A stretch of DNA of 64,000 nt from NCBI GenBank assembly GCA_963838925.1, contig CAWISW010000002.1:320001-384000 (forward strand). The letters run 5' to 3'. Positions 58,049 to 64,000 of this stretch are shown here, in pieces. The position numbers and the translations under genes were made by a program. Below the pieces are notes generated by a model. That model saw nothing but the letters and a program-made list of their open reading frames with translations, did not search any database and was not told the origin of the DNA. Within the stretch, counting starts at the first letter, position 1. The number at the start of each line of letters is the position of its first letter. Origin of the DNA: an uncultured Nitrososphaerota archaeon. Lineage in GTDB: Archaea; Thermoproteota; Nitrososphaeria; Nitrososphaerales; Gagatemarchaeaceae.

Positions 58049-58828
58049 ATGGAGGAGGTCGAAAGCGAGCTTCGCGACAAGTTCGGGCTCAACTCCTACG
58101 AGTCCCGCGCCTACCTCGTGCTGGTCTCCTCGCCCATGAAGACGAAGGACATCGCGGCCGCCGCGAACATCCCCATGCCGAGGATATACGACACCCTCCG
58201 CGCCCTCGAGATGAAGGGGTTCGTCCACCAGAGCGGCGAGAGCTACGCGGCGGAGTCCCCAAGCGTCGCGCTCAAGACCTACCTCCTCGGACACCAGAGG
58301 TCCTTCGAGAAGGCCAGGGAGTCGAAGGAAGCCTCGATGAAGCGCATCGTGGAGCTCCTCCAGCCGGTCATGGCCTCCAAGGACGAGCTCTCCCAGGAGC
58401 CCGTCCTGCTCAGGGGGATAGACGCCATCGCAGGCAGGTTCTTCGAGATACTCAGCACATCCAAGGACATCACGCTCATGGTAAGGAAGGCGCTGAAGGT
58501 CAAGGGAGTCTTCAGAGAGTACCTGGAGGCCCTCCCGCTCTCGGGAAAGCGCATCCGCCTTCTGCTCCCGTCGAAACCGCCCATCAACGAGCGCGATGCC
58601 AGGCTCCTCTCGCGCCTCAGGATCGAGGCGAGGTATTACGACCACCCCGTCCTGGACATGATGGTCGCGGACGAGCTTGACGTCGTCCTCGGCGTCCCGG
58701 AGAGGACAAACGACGAGCCCTTCAGCGCTGTCGCGCTATGGGTGAGGAACCCTTCGTTCGCCAGGTCGACCAGGGCCGCCATCGACGAGATATGGGACGA
58801 GAGCTCCAAGCGAAAGGGGAGGGCCTAG
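58049..58828 (+). CDS. TrmB family transcriptional regulator
   Basis: FGLNSYESRAYLVL, IPMPRIYDTLRALEMKGFV. Confidence 0.92.
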   Translation: MEEVESELRDKFGLNSYESRAYLVLVSSPMKTKDIAAAANIPMPRIYDTLRALEMKGFVHQSGESYAAESPSVALKTYLLGHQRSFEKARESKEASMKRIVELLQPVMASKDELSQEPVLLRGIDAIAGRFFEILSTSKDITLMVRKALKVKGVFREYLEALPLSGKRIRLLLPSKPPINERDARLLSRLRIEARYYDHPVLDMMVADELDVVLGVPERTNDEPFSAVALWVRNPSFARSTRAAIDEIWDESSKRKGRA

Positions 58829-58830
58829 GG

Positions 58831-59478
58831 ATGGCGAAGGCCAGGCCACAGCACCCCTCACTCGCCGACAAGCGCTCCTTCAAGGCAGGATACGCTCACG
58901 TGAGGAAGCAAGACATCAAGCTCAGGCCAACGTTGGACGCCCTCGGAGTCATCGAGTTCCATCCGGAGGGCGAGCCCTTCGAGTCCCTCGTCGAGTCCAT
59001 CCTGTCGCAGCAGCTCGCAGGCTCCGCTGCCTCCGCGATCATCAAGAAGGTGAGGGCGCTCTTCCCCGGAGGAGTGCTCGAGGCGAAGCGGATGCACCGA
59101 ATCGACGGCGCGAAGCTCCGGGGCGCGGGCGTCTCGCCCCAGAAGCTGACCTACCTCAAGGACCTCGCAACGCGCGTCGTGGACGGGAGGCTCGACCTCG
59201 ACACCCTCAGATCCATGTCGGACGAAGAGATAATCGAGGTCCTCGACGAGGTGAAGGGGGTCGGGCCGTGGACGGTCCACATGTTCCTCATCTTCACGCT
59301 GGGAAGGCCCAACGTCCTCCCCGTGGACGACTACGGGATCAGGACGAGCGTCCAGCGCATCTACGGCTTCAACGAGCTCCCCAAGAAGGCGGACATCGAG
59401 AAGCTCGCCGAGAAGTGGCGCCCTTACTCCACGGTCGCCTCGTTGTACCTTTGGCACGCGAAAGACAACGAAAGCTAA
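58831..59478 (+). CDS. alkA: DNA-3-methyladenine glycosylase (AlkA/HhH-GPD family)
   Basis: SILSQQL, KGVGPWTVHMFLIFTLGRPNVLPVDD, WRPYSTVASLYLW. Confidence 0.92.
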   Translation: MAKARPQHPSLADKRSFKAGYAHVRKQDIKLRPTLDALGVIEFHPEGEPFESLVESILSQQLAGSAASAIIKKVRALFPGGVLEAKRMHRIDGAKLRGAGVSPQKLTYLKDLATRVVDGRLDLDTLRSMSDEEIIEVLDEVKGVGPWTVHMFLIFTLGRPNVLPVDDYGIRTSVQRIYGFNELPKKADIEKLAEKWRPYSTVASLYLWHAKDNES

Positions 59479-59505
59479 AATGAGCGCTCAGAGGGTGCAG
59501 TCGTC

Positions 59506-60684
59506 TTGAAGCTCTTCGGCCCCGAGCACGAGCACCTCCTTCTCTCGCTCTACGAGGCGGAAGGGGCCGAGACCTACGCAAGCCTTCTCCGCAGCCTCTC
59601 GGCCGTCCTCGAGGAAAAGGTGCTCCCTCTCTCGCTTTCGCTCGACCAGGGCAGGGGCGACATCAAGAAGACCAGGGGCGTCCTCTTCGACCAAGGCGTC
59701 TGCAAGCTCTCTCACCAGGGAGGCTACGGGGGAATGGGCCTTCCCTTCGGCGTGTACGCCCTCGCCATGGAGCTCGCCGGCGCGGCGGACGCGAGCACAG
59801 CGATGAGCCTCGGGATACACAACACGGTAGCCGACGCCATAGCACAGTTTGGGTCGGGGGAGCAGAAACGACGATACCTCCCTTCCCTCTTGTCAGGCGA
59901 GAAGCTCGCCGCCTTCGCGCTCACCGAGCCGTCCTCCGGCTCCGACGCGCGCTCAATGCGGACGAAGGCCTCGAAGGAGGGCAAGCACTACGTCATCGAG
60001 GGGTCGAAGATGTACATCACCAACGCGGGCGAGGCAGACATCTACCTGGTGTTCGCCTCGACGGGCAGCGGGCACGGCGCGTTCATCGTGGAGGCGACCA
60101 ACCCTGGCCTTATCTTCGGCTCCCAACTGGATGAGAAACTTGGGATGAGGGGGTCTCGCACCGCGGAAGTCAAGCTCGCAAAGTGTCGCGTGGACGCCGA
60201 GGACTCCCTGATTGGGAGCGACGGCCTCGGGTTCGAGCACGCCAAAGTCCTCCTAGACTCCAGCCGCATCATCATGGGAATAATCTGCGTTGGAATCGCA
60301 CGGACTGCCTACGGCAAGGCGCTCGCGTACGCTAAGGAAAGGGAGCTTTTCGGCAAGAAGCTCTCCGACATGCAGCTCACCAGGGAGAAGCTAGCGAACG
60401 CCGCGATCGAGATAAACGCCGCCCGCCTCCTCTGCGTGCACGCCTCGAGGCTCAAGGAACTGGGGCTGCAGTTCACGTCCGAGGCCGCCCAAGCCAAGGT
60501 CCTCGCGACGGAGATGGCCGTAAGGACGTGCGACTCGGCGGTCCAGCTCCTGGGGGGCTACGGCTACACCAGCGACGACGCCCACCGCCACCTGAGGGAC
60601 GCGAGGCTCCTCACGATAGGCGAGGGCGCCTCCGAAGTCCTGCGGATGCTCATCGCCTCCCAAGAGCTGGAGCGCGAGATTTGA
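59506..60684 (+). CDS. Acyl-CoA dehydrogenase
   Basis: FALTEPSSGSDA, GSKMYITNA, KLGMRGS, QLLGGYGY, IGEGASE. Confidence 0.95.
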   Translation: MKLFGPEHEHLLLSLYEAEGAETYASLLRSLSAVLEEKVLPLSLSLDQGRGDIKKTRGVLFDQGVCKLSHQGGYGGMGLPFGVYALAMELAGAADASTAMSLGIHNTVADAIAQFGSGEQKRRYLPSLLSGEKLAAFALTEPSSGSDARSMRTKASKEGKHYVIEGSKMYITNAGEADIYLVFASTGSGHGAFIVEATNPGLIFGSQLDEKLGMRGSRTAEVKLAKCRVDAEDSLIGSDGLGFEHAKVLLDSSRIIMGIICVGIARTAYGKALAYAKERELFGKKLSDMQLTREKLANAAIEINAARLLCVHASRLKELGLQFTSEAAQAKVLATEMAVRTCDSAVQLLGGYGYTSDDAHRHLRDARLLTIGEGASEVLRMLIASQELEREI

Positions 60685-61448
60685 ACATCGTAGTGCTTGT
60701 GAAGAGCGCTGTCAACGAGGCGGAGTTGCGGGCCGACCAGGCGGGGCACCCAGTCCTCAAGGGCGCGGCCACCAAGATGAGCAACTTCGACATGAACGGG
60801 GTCGAAGAGGCGGTAAAGCTAAAGGAGAAGAACGGCGGGACCGTGATTGTCGTCACGCTCGGGGACACCGACGCGAAGAAGGCGATCAGGGAGGCGATGG
60901 CGATGGGAGGGACGAGGGCCGTGCACGTGGTCTCCGATCCTTCGGGCGCCCCCGACTCGCTCGGCACGGCATACCTGCTCGCTAAGGCCGTCAAGCACTT
61001 GGGAGAGGTGGACATAGTCGTCTGCTCCGAGGGCGCCTCGGACACCTACCAAGGGCAGGTCGGCGCGATGGTGGCGGAGTTCCTGGGAATGCCTCTTCTC
61101 GCGTTCGCAAAGAAGGTCGAAGCCGGGGAGGGGAAGGTCAAGTGCGAGCAGAGCTCTGAGAGGGGAGTCGAGGTCATAGAGGCGAAGCTACCTGCTGTCG
61201 TCTCGGTTGTGAGCGAGGCGAACGTGCCCCGGTATCCCACGCTGCTGCAGGTCATGGTCGCGGGCAGGAAGGCAATCGAGGACATCCCCCTTGCGTCTCT
61301 GAAGGACGCGGGCTACCCGGAGACCGGTATGGAGGTGCTCGACGTCGCCTTGCAGCCAAACAACAGGAAGAAGGTGCTCCTCGAGGGGTCCCCCGAGGAG
61401 GCCGCGAAGAAGCTCGTCGATGCGCTGAAGCAGGAGGGCGTGATCTAG
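60681..61448 (+). CDS. etfB: Electron transfer flavoprotein beta subunit
   Basis: IVVLVK, D.NGVEEAVKLKE, SD..QGQVG, NVPRYP; TTG at 60681 overlaps the upstream stop. Confidence 0.93.
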   Translation: MNIVVLVKSAVNEAELRADQAGHPVLKGAATKMSNFDMNGVEEAVKLKEKNGGTVIVVTLGDTDAKKAIREAMAMGGTRAVHVVSDPSGAPDSLGTAYLLAKAVKHLGEVDIVVCSEGASDTYQGQVGAMVAEFLGMPLLAFAKKVEAGEGKVKCEQSSERGVEVIEAKLPAVVSVVSEANVPRYPTLLQVMVAGRKAIEDIPLASLKDAGYPETGMEVLDVALQPNNRKKVLLEGSPEEAAKKLVDALKQEGVI

Positions 61449-62374
61449 TGACGACCGTCATCTCGTACTCCGACAGCCCAGACCTCGCGGGAGAGGTCGC
61501 CGCGGCGGGCATCGGCGTGGCGAAGGAGCTAGGCGCGGAAGCGGTGACATTGGTGCTCGACGAGTTGAGCGCCCGCTTGCGGACGGGCGGGAAGATCGTG
61601 GTGGTCAAGGGAGAAAGGAGACTTGAGGACGACGCGGACGCCGCCGCCGTCGCAATCGTCGAAGTCGCAAAGGCGAAGAGCGCCCAGGTCGTCCTAGTGG
61701 GGGAGACGCGTTTCGGGACTGTGGTGGCCGGAAAAGTGGCCGCGCGCCTAAGGATGGGCTCATTGGGCATGGGGAAGAAACTGCGCGTCGATGGAGGCAG
61801 GCTCGTCCTCGAGAGGGACGTCTACGGGGGCAAGTTCGTAGCGACGGTCGCCGCCAAGATGCCTTGCGTGGCCATGGTCCAAGCTGGCTCCTACGCGGCT
61901 GTTGACGGGTCGACCGGGCCTTCCGAGACTGTCGCCGTGACTGCAGGGGTGCAGAGGGTGGCGCTGGTGGACACAAGGCAGAGCACGAGGGGGGCGAGCG
62001 ACATAAAGTCGGCCCGCATCGTCGTATCCGCGGGAAGGGGATTCGCGAAGAAGGAAGACCTGGCGCTCGCTCAAGACCTGGCTGACACGACGGGGGCAGC
62101 CCTTGGATGCTCTCGCCCTCTCTCTTCAGACCTCGGATGGATGGGGGAAGAGGCGCACATCGGGCTGACGGGCGCGTATGTGCACCCGCAGCTCTATCTG
62201 GCGATCGGGATCTCCGGCCAGCTGCAGCACATCGCAGGGATCAAGGACTCCAAGATCATCGTCGCGATTAACAAGGACGCGCAGGCGCCGATATTCCAGG
62301 TCGCGGACTATGGCATCGTCGGCGACCTCTACGACGTCGTGCCGGCGCTCACCAAGATTCTGAAGCAGGGGTAG
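61448..62374 (+). CDS. etfA: Electron transfer flavoprotein alpha subunit
   Basis: VVSAGRG, GCSRP, IGLTG, GISGQLQH, AINKD..APIF..ADYGIVGD. Confidence 0.95.
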   Translation: MTTVISYSDSPDLAGEVAAAGIGVAKELGAEAVTLVLDELSARLRTGGKIVVVKGERRLEDDADAAAVAIVEVAKAKSAQVVLVGETRFGTVVAGKVAARLRMGSLGMGKKLRVDGGRLVLERDVYGGKFVATVAAKMPCVAMVQAGSYAAVDGSTGPSETVAVTAGVQRVALVDTRQSTRGASDIKSARIVVSAGRGFAKKEDLALAQDLADTTGAALGCSRPLSSDLGWMGEEAHIGLTGAYVHPQLYLAIGISGQLQHIAGIKDSKIIVAINKDAQAPIFQVADYGIVGDLYDVVPALTKILKQG

Positions 62375-62386
62375 CGGCGCGGACTC

Positions 62387-62878
62387 TCACTTCACCTCGC
62401 GCAGGCGCCCCGTCTTGACGTCGTAGACGAACCCGCGGATCTTGCCCTTCCTGGAGATGAAGGGGCTCGCCTTGAGTCTCGCGATGCTCTGCCGCACGTC
62501 CTCGTCGAGGTCTGAGAACGCCTCCAGGGCGAACGGTGGCCTCATGCCGGTCTCAGCCTCTATCTTCTTCTTCTCGCCGTCGTCCGTGAACGTGAGTTGG
62601 CCGCAGTCTGTGTGATGGATGAGGACTATCTCCTCGGTCCCCATCCTGCGTTGGGAGATCATGATCGAGCGAATCGCGTCGTCTGTGGCGACACCTCCTG
62701 CGTTCCTGATCACGTGCGCGTCGCCGATGTCCAGCCCGAGCGCCCTGTGAACGTCAAGCCTCGAGTCCATGCAGGCGAGGACCACCAGTTTCCTCCTCGG
62801 CGAGAGGGGTAGGCCTCCGCTCTTGAAGCCCCTGGCGGCCGCCTCGTTGTTCTTCAGCAACGAGTCTATTCGGTCCAA
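62387..62878 (-). CDS. Beta-class (clade D-type) carbonic anhydrase
   Basis: ACMDSRL, IRNAGG, HHTDCG, YDVKTG; TTG at 62878 about 25 nt from TTATAT. Confidence 0.93.
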   Translation of the reverse strand: MDRIDSLLKNNEAAARGFKSGGLPLSPRRKLVVLACMDSRLDVHRALGLDIGDAHVIRNAGGVATDDAIRSIMISQRRMGTEEIVLIHHTDCGQLTFTDDGEKKKIEAETGMRPPFALEAFSDLDEDVRQSIARLKASPFISRKGKIRGFVYDVKTGRLREVK

Positions 62879-62935
62879 CCCCGCCCCGAACCCGCACACG
62901 CGATATAACGATGGCGAAAGGCGCGGCTCTTCCGC

Positions 62936-63568
62936 TCAGTTGCTAATCGCCGGCGCTTGCCTCACGTACTTCCGGTCGCGCAAGATCTGGAGGATGAAGT
63001 CGGCGATGTCCGCGCGCGAGATGAACGAGGCCACCTCTCCCCTGCCAAGATGGCCTGCCCTGACCTTCCCGGACTTTTCCTTGTTGTTCAGCGTCGTCAT
63101 GCGAAGGATCGTCCAGTCGAGGTCGGACGCGCGGAGCGTCTCGGCTACGCTGACTATCTCTTCGTAGGCCGGGCGCATTGCGAGCTTGACGAGGAAGACC
63201 AGCGCCCTCGCCCTCAGCTCCGGCTTGTCGTCCTCGTCCTTGACGCTGAGCGTCGACGTGATGACTATCCTCTTGACCCCCAGCCTGTCCATGGCTGCCA
63301 CGATGTTCTGCATCCCCTTTGTGAGCGGCTTGTCCTTCGAGCCGCCTCTGGGCCCCAACGTGCTGACAACCGCGTCCACCCCGCCCAGGGCCTCCTCGAT
63401 CTTCTCTTGGTCGGCCAGCTCTCCCTGCACGACCTTCAAGCCCTCGTTGGTGATGCCGAGCTTCGACGGGTTGCGGACGTAGGCGACGACCTCGTCCCCT
63501 TCGGCGAGCGCCTGCGCCACAACCTCCTTCCCCGTGGGGCCCGTTGCTCCGAAGACCGCGATCTTCAA
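62936..63568 (-). CDS. NAD(P)H-binding oxidoreductase (biliverdin reductase B / flavin reductase-like)
   Basis: VFGATGPTG, VRNPSKL, LDWTILR, ISRADIADF. Confidence 0.92.
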   Translation of the reverse strand: MKIAVFGATGPTGKEVVAQALAEGDEVVAYVRNPSKLGITNEGLKVVQGELADQEKIEEALGGVDAVVSTLGPRGGSKDKPLTKGMQNIVAAMDRLGVKRIVITSTLSVKDEDDKPELRARALVFLVKLAMRPAYEEIVSVAETLRASDLDWTILRMTTLNNKEKSGKVRAGHLGRGEVASFISRADIADFILQILRDRKYVRQAPAISN

Positions 63569-63685
63569 TCGATGCTTCTCTCTGAGCGAAACATTCCATC
63601 ACATAAGGCTCTTCCCGAGGCGCTCCGGCTAGGCGAGTTGGCACCGCGGGCTACGATGCGGGAGGCGCTGAGCCGCTCCGCCGCT

Positions 63686-64000
63686 TCATGGATTGAGTTT
63701 GTCTTCGAGAAAGGGCTTCATCACCAAGTCCCACGGGGTGGCGATGCAATCGTCGTCGACAACCAGGCATGCGCTTGGGTCGACCACGAGGCGCTCCCAG
63801 GCCTCGTGGACGCTGATTTCGCCGTTCACCCTGTTCAGGCGCTTCGCTCGGACTCCCAGCATCTCTCCGAGGATCGAATTCAGGAAGCCGCCCGCGTCTT
63901 GGGACAGGGACTGCATGCCCTCCGATGAGAAGAAGGCTTCTATGAACTCGCGCTCAGTAAGGCCGTAGAATTCCCCGTCTCTCTTGACGACGGTCCTCCG
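63686..64000 (-). CDS. Partial hypothetical protein, possibly CBS-like (5' end outside window)
   Basis: Frame open from window edge: RRTVVKRDGEFYGLTEREF...CLVVDDDCIATPWDLVMKPF. Confidence 0.55.
   Translation of the reverse strand, partial: RRTVVKRDGEFYGLTEREFIEAFFSSEGMQSLSQDAGGFLNSILGEMLGVRAKRLNRVNGEISVHEAWERLVVDPSACLVVDDDCIATPWDLVMKPFLEDKLNP

Noticed and set aside
1-64000. CRISPR arrays, IS elements, integrases, or an island at the tRNA
   Set aside because: No repeat-spacer pattern, mobile-element ORF or duplicated tRNA 3' end seen by eye

Overview
High-GC (roughly 65% by eye) archaeal chromosomal segment. EF-1alpha, RadA, eL13, a BHB-intron tRNA and TATA-box promoters place it in TACK, most plausibly a heterotrophic, non-ammonia-oxidising Nitrososphaerota (inference). 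It is gene-dense housekeeping and metabolic DNA with no CRISPR array, transposase or integrase that I can see. Contents: translation genes (tuf, asnS, eL13, an eL22-like protein); a tRNA-Tyr(GUA) split by three BHB introns; a four-gene methionine cluster (split MetE pair, a second MetE-like core fused to a DUF4346-like domain, and MetF); guaB-guaA plus an atypical deaminase; heme O/A synthesis; DNA repair (Lhr, Ogg1, AlkA, RadA); two large anchored surface proteins; and an acyl-CoA catabolism region with non-canonical thiolase-fold proteins and DUF35 partners. radA and ctaA each carry a +1 frameshift, probably sequence errors. Several small ORFs, most Cys-rich, are missed or mis-started by the ORF track. 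TTG starts are unusually common. All family assignments come from recognising motifs, not from database searches.
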